A stretch of 48,839 nt of DNA from Paramecium tetraurelia (lineage: Eukaryota), in contig CT868658.1 of NCBI GenBank assembly GCA_000165425.1, positions 310,001 to 358,839 of the forward strand, read 5' to 3'. The first letter of the stretch is position 1. The number at the start of each line of letters is the position of its first letter. Below, in pieces: positions 13,338-26,723 of this stretch. The notes beneath the pieces were generated by a model. The model ran no database searches and had not been told where the DNA came from. It worked only from the letters and a program-made list of their open reading frames with translations. The position numbers were made by a program, and so were the translations under genes.

Positions 13338-15564
13338 TCAGTGCTTTCTTCTTCCCACATCTTAAGACTTTTTACTTCTCAATTACCTCGTTTATCTGAA
13401 AGCAACTTTAGGAATGGGCTTTTAATTTGTACTTCTATTTTTGGCACTTACTTATTCTGCTGTTATTTGCTTTTTCTTCGTAATTTCTTGTTTTTTGTTT
13501 TTTATACTTTTTTTTGATATTTTTTTGTTGATTTTACGAGGATTCTTAATTAAAGAATTTCTACTCTCCCTCCTTGTAGTAGTAGGTTATTTATTAGTAT
13601 TATTCAAATTTTTATTGGATATAACAGCCTTTGATTTTCCTTTTTGAACTTGTACTTCTTTAGTTGATTATTTTTATTAACTTTTTTTCACTTCCTAATT
13701 TTATTGTGTTGACACCTTCTTCAGACTTTTACTGCTCTCATTTGTTTTGGTTGAATTTCTGCTTCTCATAATAACTTTATTTTCAGGACTTTTCTAAGTC
13801 ACTCTAATTGGAGCATCGACAGATTGAGATCGATTTTTTTTATTTGAAATTTATTTTTTTTATTAAATTTGACTAGGATTCGACTTAATAGATTAAACAC
13901 TTATACTTCTGGTTTTTGCCTAAACAACTGATTATTATATAGATTATTATTTATTTTATACATTTTTTGATTATTTTTGTTAACTTACTTGTTTTTATTT
14001 TTGGTTAGAGCGACTTAAATTTTTTTATTAAACCACAACCTATTGTTGTTTCTTAGACAATTTATTGTCCTTGATTTCTTGCTTTTGGGTTTTAGGATTT
14101 AATTTTGTAGTTGATGCTTTTTATGCCTCAGAATATAGAGTGTCTTTACTTCTACCCTATCTTCTGAGGATAGGTAATTCTTATATTTCTTAGTTTTTTT
14201 GTTTAGATTACTTATCTTCTTTTGATTTTTGTTATTAAGATGTCTTTATTGTAGGTTTATCTGCAGATTTTTCATCAACTTATTTCTTAACTCTTTTACT
14301 TATAGGCTTCTCTAATTTAACATCTGAGTTAGGTGTTTTGGCAGTCCTTTTTTGCAGAACCTATTAAATACTCTAAACATTATCTTTTTATTTTTAAACC
14401 TCTTTAGCAGATTTTATTGATTTTTCAAGTGAAACTTATTTACTTGTTTATTTTACATCAACTTAAGATCGACTTGATTATTGTTTTTAGTTTTTTGATT
14501 TCTCTTATTTAACTTATTATTTTTAGGGTTTAGTCACATTGTTTTTATTGGGTCTAGCTTAAATTTTTGATTATTTACTAGATTCTGGAAGGTGAGAGTT
14601 GCTCTTGTTTTCTTAGGGTTATAATTTTTTGGGTTGAGACATCAATTTTTTTTTTTATACTTGTGTCGTTTCTTTAGCGTTGTTTTTTTCATCTTCTTAT
14701 GAATCATTTTAGTTTATTTACTTATCATCTTTTTCGTTTTCTTAGAAAATTTATTCAGGAGGGGTTGAATCAAAACCACTACTTGAATCAACTTCTTAAA
14801 ATGATTATTTGAAATATGTTTCCTCGAATTCCTTAACCATTTCTTTCACTTTTCTTAGTTTTTTCTTTGGGAACCACTTTGCATCCTTACCAGTCCTACC
14901 CTTAAACCTGACCAAATACTCCTTCTTTCCATTGGTACGTTTTATTCCTATGATGATATCGATCTAATCTATTTCGTCTTGCTCCTCCTCTATCTTTTGT
15001 ATAAATTTTAAGTCTTTTGGCTTTTCATTCTACTGAGTCAAGTAATGCTCATAGTCTGCAATATATTCTTCTATCGAGGCCTATAGAAAGTAGATATGTA
15101 TATATGGTACCTTGATAGTGTCCTCGCAATTTTATTATGCTTTCTATCCATAGATTTACTTTTCCTCAATACTTAACTCATCCCATAATTATTGAAGATT
15201 AGTTAACCCCCTATCTACTCCTTTATCCTAGAAAAACAACACTGATCCGTCAGCCTTCTTTTTCTTAATGAGGTTAGAAATAGAATGATATTGGCGGAGC
15301 AATTTTTCATAGAGTTCGTCATCCTTCTTTGATAATCGAAAATATTCTAACATCTAACATAATTGTACCATCTTTGAGTTCCTTTTCCAAGTTTTCCCAT
15401 TATCTTTTAGCCGACTCAGAATTGTGAGATAGACTCTTATCATTGCATGCTTATTCATAATTCCCTGCAAATCTTTCATAAGCAGAAATAGGTTTTTTTG
15501 GAGGTTGAACATATTATGATTCTCGAAATAGCTTAAACAACTCTTACACATAGCCATCTTCCAT
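13338..15564 (-). CDS. Chromatin protein: two HMG boxes + chromodomain-like domain + long K/Q/S/T-rich basic tail
   Basis: MEDGYVQE...PPKKPISAYERF...QWENLEKELKDEYFRLSKKDDELYEK (HMG1); KKKADGSVLFFQ...QLWDELSIEEKQIYGQKA (HMG2); IDIIIGIKRTNGKKEYLVRFKGRTGKDAKWFPKKKLRKVKEMVKEFE (chromodomain, ~14820-14965); low-complexity basic tail to TGA at 13338. Confidence 0.85.
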
Positions 15565-16017
15565 CTTTATAAGAAAATGAATTTTATTGGTTAATTAATA
15601 TTAAATTAGAATTTTTTGATTTTTGATTAATTTTGGGAAAATAATTTGAATAATTCAATATTATTTGAATTAATTACCAAAGCCTAATGGTATATTTATA
15701 TGATCTTAATATTGTATTATAAATCATACGCTTATCCATATTGAATATCCAAGGATTTTGTTAACCCATAGACAGTTAGATTTAATTAAAGATTGACACA
15801 TGCTATTTGAATGGTTTCCTAGTATTATTATTCAAAATAATGTGCTCATTACATGAATAACAATTTATTTTAGAAGAAAACTATCATCTATATATTATAA
15901 ATGAACTACAGAAAATTATAAAGATAAATTATTTATTTGAATTTGTATATGTAAATTGTTTGATTGTTAATCATTATTAACACAAATAATGATTTTAATT
16001 CTTAAAATATATAAGAT

Positions 16018-19000
16018 TCAATTATCTTCTAACCTTTGATTTAGTATTTCCTCAAGCAATCTTTTATCAATAAGTTTAGATAAAGCATTATCAAATCCCT
16101 GTTTTATTAGGTCTTGCTTTTAGTCTTCAGTGAAGTCACTATCAATAGCTACTATATATTATTTGGGAACTAAATATTTCTCCTCCATTTGCCTTACTTG
16201 TTATAATATCTAATGAATTCAAATGTATACCTCTATTCCTTTTTTTTGTGAAAAATTCATTTTAACTAACACTACATGAAATATTTTTTTTTCTTCAAAT
16301 ATTTTATCAAATCGTTTGATTCCAGCATCTACATTTCTATCAAACTCAATTTTAGTTTTGAAATTAAATTTCATGGATGACAAAGCACTGATTTACACAC
16401 TGGAATCATCTAATATATAAATAGTGACTATTGGATAATAGAAGGCTTTTCTATCTTATGGTTGTTTCTAAGGGACTGGTATGGCTTTGAATGAAGAAAT
16501 CTTTTGAGGCAATTAGAATTAGTCTAGATCTTTGTGAATTTAATTTATTTTCTCTTGCATATCGATGTTTGGGCTTTTCAAAATAGGCTTCCAAATAACT
16601 ACAGGAGAAGGATTCATACGATTTTCAATCAACTACTCTAAGTATTATGATTTTAATGGTTTTTCTTAAACTTCATCAAAGCTAGCTTCTAAACAAGATT
16701 GTCTTAGAGTTTATGATATATTGGTTTCTATACCAACAAAGTATTATTTGGGTAAATTGTGTTGATTTTCGAGCTACCTTATTTCTTTAATAAACTAAAA
16801 ATATTATTATAGAGTACTTATATTCCATTCTTTAATGGGAGATTAATCCTTACAATAATGAAATGATAGATCTTATTTTACTCAAATAATGACTTAATTT
16901 TTTTGGTTGCATCTGTGCATCTTATGCTTTGATCGAATTAATGAGTCTATTTAATTTTGAAATCTAAGAAATCCGTTGAGTCATCGACTACCAAATAAGT
17001 TAGTTTCTCCAAATAGAATTACTTCACATCTACAGTTTCTTACTGTTTGATTTCCTCTGACTAGCCTTCAATTTCATTGATGGTGACTTATTTTTAGACT
17101 TTGAAACACGGTGATCTCTCCGATCCCTAAGATTGCATAGGTTGAATAATCACTCCAAGAGAAGTCTAAGAATGCTATAACTTTTATGGTTAAGGATCTT
17201 CTTATGTAGAAGGAATGAACTTAACTGAATTTTTAAGATCATCGTTATTTTCATCTGGCTTTATTTGATTAAATTGATCACTTTATTCTAAATGCTATAC
17301 TTTGGAATCATTTTCCCTAAGAGACCTTAATAATTAAGTTCCTTGACTCCTTTTAGGTTGTTGGACTGAGTTCATTTATTATTATTAATGAGAAGAGGTG
17401 GATCCGCCTCCAAAATTCTGTGATGATTAGATGGGTATTTATTGAATAGCATTTTACTTAAACAAGGATTGATTGGGGAATTGTTATAATTATTACATTT
17501 ATTGTTGATTAACATTGATCTCTCTTTGTTCAGGAATGGTGGTACGAAACTATTATAAATTTGGCACACTAGTATTTCTTTAGTTCTATTGTTGTTAAGC
17601 TGAGGAATCTAATATATAGATTAGAAATGATTACTGCTGGGAGAGGTTTCAAATGACTTTTGCTTTTATTTAGAATTTCTAAAATGAACATTGATTCTTT
17701 TTCCTTTAAATGTCATAATTTCAGATAGCACTTGCTCCAAAACCTTAGAAACTGCCTTTTCCACCGAATGCATTTGTGTATTGATTCTATCCTCAATATC
17801 AAATGTAGCAACATCTGCTTACTTCAAAGTGGATGGTTTGTTAATGGGAGATAAGTTGGGACTAACAATTTTATTGGATTCCAATTTCTCCTCTTCACTT
17901 ACAACATTTGGACGGTAAGTAAATTCAAAGCATTTACAAATTTAAAATGGCTTTTATTCACTTAAGGATGTTTAAACCTTTACTGCTTCCTCATTCAGTC
18001 TAGGAGCTGGCTATGGAGCTATTCTTTGAGTGGAGGTAATCTTTTTTGTAGATTTTATCCTGAAAGCCTAGAATAATTCACTATTTATTGAATAGATTTT
18101 GGATTGGGTATCCAACTTACCCATGCTAACATAATGATCTAAAAGAACCGCTTGATATTCAGTTGTGACTCTCATCGGAATATTCATTTGAATCTTTATG
18201 TTATCCAATCTTTCACATAATTCTATTCGCCCTTCCATTTAGTAAATCTAATGCAAAATATGAACAAATGACGTATATGTTAAATCTTCATCTTATAAAG
18301 ATTACAATCTAAAATCATAACTTTTCAATGCTTCAAAGTCGAATCTCTGAAATAACATTTCTAACTCCTGAATTTAATTGTGATAATCGATTTAGATTGT
18401 TATTTGTAGTTCTTCCCCCTTAGAAATAGTAAAAGAAATTAACGAGAAATTGTTCATGTCTCTTTGAATTTATCTATCACTCTATTGGATTAATTACCTT
18501 TACGATGAAATTCCTTGCATCGCCTACTTCCTATGATGCTCCTAATAGATGTAAGATATCATTTATGTTAAAATGCCGTGCATCTTTACTATGTCAATAA
18601 GGGCTTAATCAGGAACATCGTTCTCTATTCTTACATTGGGGTTCGTTTTGTAGATGATCTACAGACAATCAGCGAAAAATTTGAAGTAATTCTTCAAATT
18701 GCATACGATCTAATCAGACTTCTGATAATCTGTTTTACTCAACATCGGAAATAAAGCCTACAATAATTGCTACTTAATTCCTTCCGGTTATTTAGACAGA
18801 ATCTCAGAGATCTATTGGATCTTCATGATCTATAAGCTCTACGATATTCTTTCATAAATCAGAGATTAATCATCAGATTTCTCTATGAAAATTGCTTCCA
18901 CTACTGAATTCTTATTGAAAACCTGCTTTCTCAAATGACAACTGATGGGCATGGGATGGCCTTAGAATGCAAAGGATACTATTATTGGATCTGTGGATTC

Positions 19001-19860
19001 CAAGGTTTCCACAAAAACCTTTTGAAACTTCTCTTTATCGCCTTCCATCAAAATTAAATCCTAATATGTCTACACTCCATCGGATGCATATTTTTTGGCT
19101 ACTAAATCGATTGATTTTGGCAGATATTTATATGAAATTGAATTTTGGAATTGTGCTTCACCATTTGAATTGAACAATATGATTCCTACTGGCAATTCAA
19201 AAAGAAGTTTTTCAATCATTTGGTTATTCTTTTTCATTCTCTCATTGTTGATCCAGATATTTTTATATGCATAGGAGTATGCTGTAACTATTAGGAGTTA
19301 TATTATTTAATAAAATATCAAGAGAGCCAACAATACTATTATTTTGAATGTACTAAAATAAAATTAAATTCATACTTATAATCTTTGATTAAACACCATT
19401 TAATGATTGTTATTGATGAAATTTTGATGATATTCTAAAAAACCATACTAAACTAATCATATTAAAATATCATAGATTTTGAAGTCTAAATCCCAATCTG
19501 AAGAGCAAGCCTTATTATGAATTCATTGTCATTTTCTCTACTAAAGTTTAACATAGAAATCAAAACAAATACATCTATAAGATGATTGAGTAAATTCTAA
19601 ACCTTACGAAGTTTCTGTTTAATGGTTAATAGCAAATGCATAATCACTAAAATAAGACAGATGGTAGGTAATTTATTATCATTGGTTTTTAAAGTGAATC
19701 TAATTATTATTATCGATAGTGCATTTATAAAGTCATAGAAGTAGTCCTTGATTGAGTTGTGCTTTAAAAGGTGTTTGCTGAAAAACTGTGCAATTTTATG
19801 ATCGATGAATTGACACCATTTATTAAGTTTGTATTACTCATCTCCAAAATTATTATACAT
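16018..19860 (-). CDS. Membrane-anchored hybrid histidine-kinase-like protein (TM + PAS + degenerate HATPase + pseudo-receiver)
   Basis: N-terminal hydrophobic helices; PAS-like LLFELPVGIILFNSNGEAQFQN; HATPase-like RIENDVPDQALIDIVKMHGIL and LQITIQIDYHNQIQELEMLFQRF; C-terminal receiver fold IYILDDS...HVVLVKMNFSQKKGIE...IVAIDS...GFDNALSKLI; TGA at 16018. Confidence 0.8.
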
Positions 19861-20057
19861 TTTATATTTATATATATAATAAAACCCATAAAATACAAAT
19901 TTTTTCGAAACCTTCCAAAGCAGTTAATCGCTTAAGCCAACTTCAGCATAAAGCTCTATAATAGTAGCGCTATCATGTCGTGTACGAAAATTATGAATTT
20001 ATTAAGATTTTATTATAAAGTAAATAGTTGTAATTTATATAAAATTCTTAATCAGCC

Positions 20058-20787
20058 ATGTTTACAGAACTTGCATACAATGCCTCCAAAAGAATAAATT
20101 AAATACAGACCGATCTATAAACAAGGGAAAAACTGAAATAACAGAGTAAATCGACTGGCCTCATTGATGCAGAAATCAACTCCACTATAAAATATTTAGG
20201 TGAATCTGGAAATTTAATTTAGATAATGAATTGGATTAATTGGATTTAGAAATTAAAGGATATACCGCCAATTAGAATTGCAATTTGTTGGCTAAGGAAA
20301 TTTAGAAAAGGAGAAATTTATACAATGAATTAGCTTAAAAACGATAAGAAATCAAAAAACGAATTGAACAGAATCACTTAAACTATTTATAACAATAATT
20401 GACATAAAATAAATGTACTTTGGTATGTTCTATTGATAGCAAACAAAAAGAATTATGAAAGTTTTGGGTAAATGGACGCTCTTAAGATGCACGGTGAAAT
20501 AACCGATAGATAGGATGAATATCTGAGTAAGATTAATGACAAGGTCCTTAATATCAAATATTCATCGCAAAATCTAAGCAAATAAATCAAGGAATAAAAT
20601 GGAATGATAGATTAATTACACGAAGATGTATTTTTTAATTTTTAAAGATTAGACTGATTATGCAAATTAAGCTATGAATAGATTGAAAAATAAAATGAAT
20701 TATTTTTTAGATTAATCCAGTTCTTGGAAACTATTAATAATTTTATTTTCGGAAATCTTCGTGTTTATTTTTGTAGTCATTATCTGA
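20058..20787 (+). CDS. Qc-SNARE (syntaxin-6/8-like) tail-anchored protein
   Basis: SNARE motif QDEYLSKINDKVLNIKYSSQNLSKQIKEQNGMIDQLHED...MNRLKNKM followed by C-terminal TM (LLIILFSEIFVFIFVVII-TGA); three tiny introns. Start may lie upstream (ATG 19975). Confidence 0.82.
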
Positions 20788-20831
20788 TTAATATGTGTAT
20801 AAGTTATAATACATTCTTTTTACAGAATACT

Positions 20832-21491
20832 TCATTTATGGGATGATATATGCTTCGAATAAATATAGGTTTGTTTTTCTTCAAGTTTAGCTTCATTGAT
20901 TTGATGTTATTGAGATTCTGAATTTAATTATGATACTACTGATTATGATTAATGTAGGGTTGTTATTATTTAATATCTCTTTCATTCTTTGAAGTGATCT
21001 CTATATTAGTTCGCTATTGATTCTCAATTGTTAATCATTTATCTCATTCGATATAAGCTGAAATAGATTTATTACAATATAACTTCAAATGATTTTATTT
21101 ATCCTATTGAATCTTAGTGATTAATTATTGAACCTGATTTTTCTCATCTGGCTCTATTTTTTACAATAATTTCTCTTGAATAGATGGATAATGCATTTCT
21201 ACTTTTTTCTATTTCGACTGTATGATTCATCAACCATTGTAATTTGTATTTAAAATATTCCTATTATTGATCTTGCTAAAATTCATAGTATTCAACTCCT
21301 TTCTAAGCAAGCATTTACAAAAAAGTTACCATATACAAATGATTCAAGGCATCTAGATTAGTAAAATTACTCAACACAAAATTGATGTCATAGCAAGATT
21401 TATTCAGCGAAGCCATGAGGTAGATCTTTTTCTGAGGCAGAAGATTCAGAAAACTATGTAGTATTCTACTTATACTAATTTGCTGAGACAT
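20832..21491 (-). pseudogene. Frameshifted copy of a ciliate hypothetical-protein family gene
   Basis: Coding-like blocks (DLPHGFAEQIL / NLDALNHLYM-KGVEYYE...YFKYKLQWLM / KVEMHYPSIQEKL...LISNEINDQQ) lie in different frames that GT..AG introns do not reconcile. 3' boundary uncertain. Confidence 0.5.
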
Positions 21492-21605
21492 GAGTAATAA
21501 TAATTAAATTAATAACTATTAGGTGTTCTAAATTATGAAGAAAACATTTGAACACATTTGAAAACATTTGATCTTATGATAAAATAGTAATATATATATC
21601 ATCAT

Positions 21606-22799
21606 TCAATGATAATAACATGTATTTTAGTATTGCACATTCTCAAACTTGAAAAAATCAGTAGCAAACTAGAAAATTATAATACAAATACTTTGATTAG
21701 TTTAGCATTCCTCAATACGCTCTAACAAAACTATTCACAATTCATAATTTTGAAATCATTCTTTTGAAAATGCAGTCTAAGCTCAACTATTAATTGATAA
21801 TTGAACTTTTCGTATGGTATATTGCGTGCATCTACTACGTTGTTTGATTCAATCATTTTAAATAATTTTGCTACTATTCTTTCGTCTGAATCTTTGGTTG
21901 CTTAATATAAACAATTCTCCTCTTAGGCTGAAGTATAAGGACTATCGTTTTTAAACTAACTCTCTTCAGAAAATGATACATTTGGAGAATCTTATGTTTT
22001 AGGTAACTAAGTCACACTCTCTTCGTTTTCCAAGATAGAAATCTTGACTTCTTTTTTGGGAAGCAAAAATTCAAATGATTTGTTTTAATACAATTAATTG
22101 AGTCTGGGACTTTTTAGTTACACTTATTTTTATTGAGTTGGCTGAAGATAAAATTAATTTTAATTAGATTGAGGACTCTTACTCTTATTATTTGTTTGGA
22201 TGTTATTAGTTTTAGGTTTAAAAGTGAGATTTGGGTCTTTTTGCTTTGATATTTATTCGTGTTCTTTTTTTTATTGTTTGATATTGTTTGTTTATTTGGT
22301 CTATTGGTAGAGTCTATCATGAGTGTTCATATCTTCAGTCTGAAACCTTTTATTTCTAGATAGATTTCTTTCTGATTTTAGATTAGTTGGCATGGTTTTT
22401 TCTGGAGTGTGTCTTTTGGTGTTCAAATTCCTAGTTGGTGTTGATTGTTGATTTTCTTTATTTTATTGTTATTTCTTAACAGTTTCCCATTGAGAAAGAG
22501 GCTATTTGTCTTTTTCTTATTTCTATTGTATAAATTGAGGCATTTACCTTCATTTAGTCATACATCAACATTTGCTAGATGATGTTCTATTTGAGTGGTT
22601 CAACATAAGCCATGCTTAAGTAATTATCTGTGACAAAGTTAGATGCTAGTATTTCTGGATTAGAGTCTTCATATATGTTGATTTGACTATATTTATTTTC
22701 ATCTAGTTCAATAGTCAAGGTAATTAGAGGTTCGCAGTGCATTTTAGTTTCGGATGTCTATTTTTACAAATACTTCTTCATAAAAGTGAATTAGCTCAT
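21606..22799 (-). CDS. Hypothetical protein with PFU-like N-terminal domain
   Basis: EPLITLTIELDENKYSQINIYEDSNPEILASNFVTDNYLSMAYVEPLKQNI resembles PFU-like domains; central THDRLY motif; last intron 21669-21691; TGA at 21606. Confidence 0.7.
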
Positions 22800-23098
22800 T
22801 AACGAATATTTTTTATTTACTTAAAATTATTATGTGATAAGTAAAATTAATTATTACTAATAATCAAGAGAATCTCGATATTCGCTGTTTGTTTATTGTG
22901 TAAAAAGTGTAATCAATAAGGAAGCAGTAGACAAGTGTAATGTTAATTGGAAAGGTGGAATAATAATAGTTGATATTATGGTATATTTAGTGTTGAAATA
23001 GAAATGGAAATAATATATATTGAAAATAAATATCTAGTGAATATTTTTATTAATTATATATTTATATAAGCATTTCTAGCACCCTCATAAAATCTGAA

Positions 23099-24887
23099 AT
23101 GTAAAACTTTAACAATGTCATTGATTATCTAAAAGGAGAAGTGTTGGATAGAGAGGAGGAGTGGAAGAAGGAAAGACTTGAATATTAAGTAATGAGTATT
23201 GTGATATGAAACAGACTGCAATAATGGAATTGAAGGGATAATTGGAGGAATAGAGAAATCTGAACAAATAACTAATAGAAAGACTTGAGAAATTGGAGCA
23301 ATTCAAAGTTTCTTTCAAACCAATTGCAGATAATTTAAAACTACAAACAAAAAAAAAATTCCATCATCGGGTTAAGAGTGACAATGGAACATTCTTAAAA
23401 AACGAAATGAATGAACAAAAATTAATAACTCAACCAAACATCGAGAAAATATTGTAGAAGGACAAGAAGCCTCTCTTATAAAAGTAATGAATTGAATAAA
23501 TCTAGCTTTCTTAAAGAGTTGAAAAATGAAGATGTTCAAGAAGAATAAGTTTAAAACTAAATTTAAATCCACTCTCCTATTAATTTGTAGTTGCTTTAAA
23601 GTGCCAAAATAAACCAAATCTTAATTAACCAAAATACATACAATACATGTTCACAAAGATAAAAACATCATCATCAAAGAAGCAACAGCAATGGAGCTTC
23701 AGAATTACTCAACTTTGCATTACAAAGGAAGAAACAAACGCTGGAAACTAGTCAGAATGAGGTGAACAGTATGAGTATGACTGAAAGAGAAATAATAGTC
23801 GGAAAGGAGATCTTCTCAACAAAAGGCTAATTGAGAAGTCATTTGGATGGAGTAAGGTCAATTATATTCCAAAATAATTATATTGTGACTTCTTCAGAGG
23901 ATTGTACAATAAAATTGTGGAATCTCAATGATGTTCAATAAATGAATGCTTAGACTCATTTAGAACCCATCCAAACTATTAGATGTACATCAATATCTTC
24001 ATATTAAATAGAACATGATCGACCAATTTTTACAATGACTTCCTACTTTAAATCTCCTCAAATACATTTGTATTCTGCAGGAGTTGATGGCACCATACGA
24101 TCCTATATAGTGTCTACAAATCAGTACTTTTCATGGCGTGCCCATACGGACGTGATTTGGTCATTGAAACATCATCCACATGATCAGAGATTGCTGTCGT
24201 CTTCTGCAGATGGATCTGTAAAGATGTGGAAATCTCTAGGAGTGTGTTATCAATATGATCTAATAAGGAAGGGGAATTTGAATTTGGAAATGCTGTAGAA
24301 TCCTTTGGCCAATTTCACCTTTAAGAAATCTATGACTGGGTTATCCATACCTACAGCCATTGAATGGATTTGCAAGGGATTCAATGAAAATATTATTTGT
24401 GGATACAGTGACACTTTGACATTCATCGTTTATGATGTGACGACTGTTAAAGCCATTTAATAAATTAGATTTGATCTTGACAATCAATTCAATACCTTTG
24501 CTTAACCTAACAGAATTCTGTTTAATAATGAACTCAAATATATTGTTTCGGGTCATGATGATCATAAAATTAGATTTTTTGATTTGAATTCAAGCAAAGT
24601 CTGTAAGACTCTTATTGGCCATACAGATGCTGTCACTGATTTATGTTTATTCTCAAAGAATGTATATCAATTGGCGAGTGTGAGTCATGATGGAAGTATG
24701 AGAACATGGGATATTCGAAAATTCTAATGTTTACACGAAATACCAGTAATCTAATAATTCATTATTTTAGGCACATAAATAAAAGTATGACGAAGGAATA
24801 TATACAATCACAAGCAATAACTAGTATGTAGCTACAGGAGGTGCGGATGGGATAGTTAAAATCTTTAATTATCAGGATGTCATATGA
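23099..24887 (+). CDS. STRN: Striatin family protein (N-terminal coiled coil + WD40 repeats)
   Basis: VIDYLKGE...EEEWKKERLEYQTAIMELKGQLEEQRNLNKQLIERLEKLE (striatin N-domain); LRSHLDGVRS...TSSEDCTIKLWNL...EPIQTIR; AHTDVIWSL...LLSSSADGSVKMW; GHTDAVTDL...SHDGSMRTWD; ATGGADGIVKIF; TGA at 24885. Confidence 0.9.
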
Positions 24888-25021
24888 ATTTAACCACTTT
24901 AAATGATATTTATCATTTGTTTAATTTTTTTATTATTAATTTGAAATTGTTCTTTTTGATTAGAAAAACAATTACATTATTGAATTACATTTACTCATAA
25001 TTTAATTATAATAATTTAAGA

Positions 25022-26708
25022 ATGGATTTATCAAACTTTAGAATTCGAACCTAAATTATTGCTTTGTTTATTATTATTGTCATCATAGTCTTGGCAATCG
25101 TGGTTATTAGCAATATAACTCTGTTCAACTACATGTAGCAGGCCTTTTTGTCCAATTCCATGAATGTATTAATCAAAGAAACCAACAACCAATTAAAGGG
25201 CCAATTGGCTTAATACGATCTCAGATTGAAAACAATAATAAACTAAAGTATGTATATAGAGTTATGCTAAAGTATTCAGAAAACAAAGGATGTTTCAAAA
25301 TATTTACTTATTTGTTGATGTGAACGAAAATATTCTCAACACTTAAACCCCATTTTACTGTCCATCCAATATATCTTCGCCAGATTCTAAATCTTTCTTT
25401 TGCCTCATGGCCTATTAATATGATTCAACTAACTATACAGAGTTATCAACATCAATCTAAAAATAGTTTTAGATCGTTTCCTTATTTCATTAAACCATAT
25501 TGATTTTTGACGCATCCTAATTCATAGCAACAGGGATAGCTTATACCTCAGACGATTCAATCCCTATACTAGGAACTTGGCCAGCCTTAAATTCCACATT
25601 ATCCTATAATGCTCATCAAAGGTCTTGGTATGTAAGCCACTTGAAATAAATGAAAAATGGACATTAATACTAATATAGTGATTTATTTACAACAATTTTT
25701 GGCTCGTACACTATTGCCATATCACAAAATCTAACTAATAAAAATAATTAATTTGCAGGGGTAGTTTTTAATTTAATGGATTTTAATGTCTTTAAAAAAA
25801 ACTTCAATGCAGATTATATCTTAACTAACAGCAAAGGTTAAATTATCATAGGATAATTCAAATACCCTCAAAATACAACTACGCCTATTTTCTTTTTTAA
25901 TGAGTCAATTACCGGTTTCAATTAAGTCGATTGGGATTCAATATCCCTTAAAATTAATGACACCTCAAATTAATATGATGTTCGATCTCTAAGTAATTGC
26001 TCCCAAGATGTATCCGACTATCTCTGTAGATACAACTCATTGTACGGTTAGGAAGTCCTTATAATTGCTAAATAACTTGAATATCCTCCATATCCACCTC
26101 AAATAGTGATTATGTAAATTGTTCAATTATCATTAAAGATTCAAAAATATGACAGAACTTTACCAATAAGTTGATTAACTCAATCAAAATATATACTTTT
26201 TATTCGCATCAGAATTTTAGAAAGATATACAAATTTTGGTCATTGTTGCCGTTGGAATTATCTTTCTATTTTTAATCATTTTGAATCAAATCACCAAATC
26301 TCTAAACCTTTTAATTAAATACTCGAAATTTTAATAGAATAACTTAATATACTTAAAGGAACAATATTAAATGAACCAATAGATTGAAGCCATAACTAAT
26401 TTCTATAATTTTAAGCAGAACTTGAGGATGATCAGATTCTCCGAAAACGCTTTAGATTAATTAACCTTGCAATATTTCTGTAAAACCTGATTTATACTGT
26501 AGAATTGCTTTCTATATTGAAGGGTCAGTAAGGAGAATTTAAGAAATCTGAAGAGTGCCTCTAATTGGAGTAAACTCCTTACCCAAAGACTCGTTATTTC
26601 TTAAAGCTCTCCCCAACTAAAACCCTACACAATTACCATTCTACTATAGATAGAAAAACTGTTAATCAAATTATTTAATATTTTTTAATAAAAAAATAGA
26701 AATATTGA
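25022..26708 (+). CDS. Cache-domain transmembrane protein (ciliate-expanded family)
   Basis: N-terminal TM (IIALFIIIVIIVLAIVVI), extracellular YNAHQRSWY and IAISQNLTNKNNQFAGVVF Cache-like motifs, second TM near 26230-26290; tiny introns; TGA at 26706. Confidence 0.78.
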
Positions 26709-26723
26709 TTAATTTATATTTCA

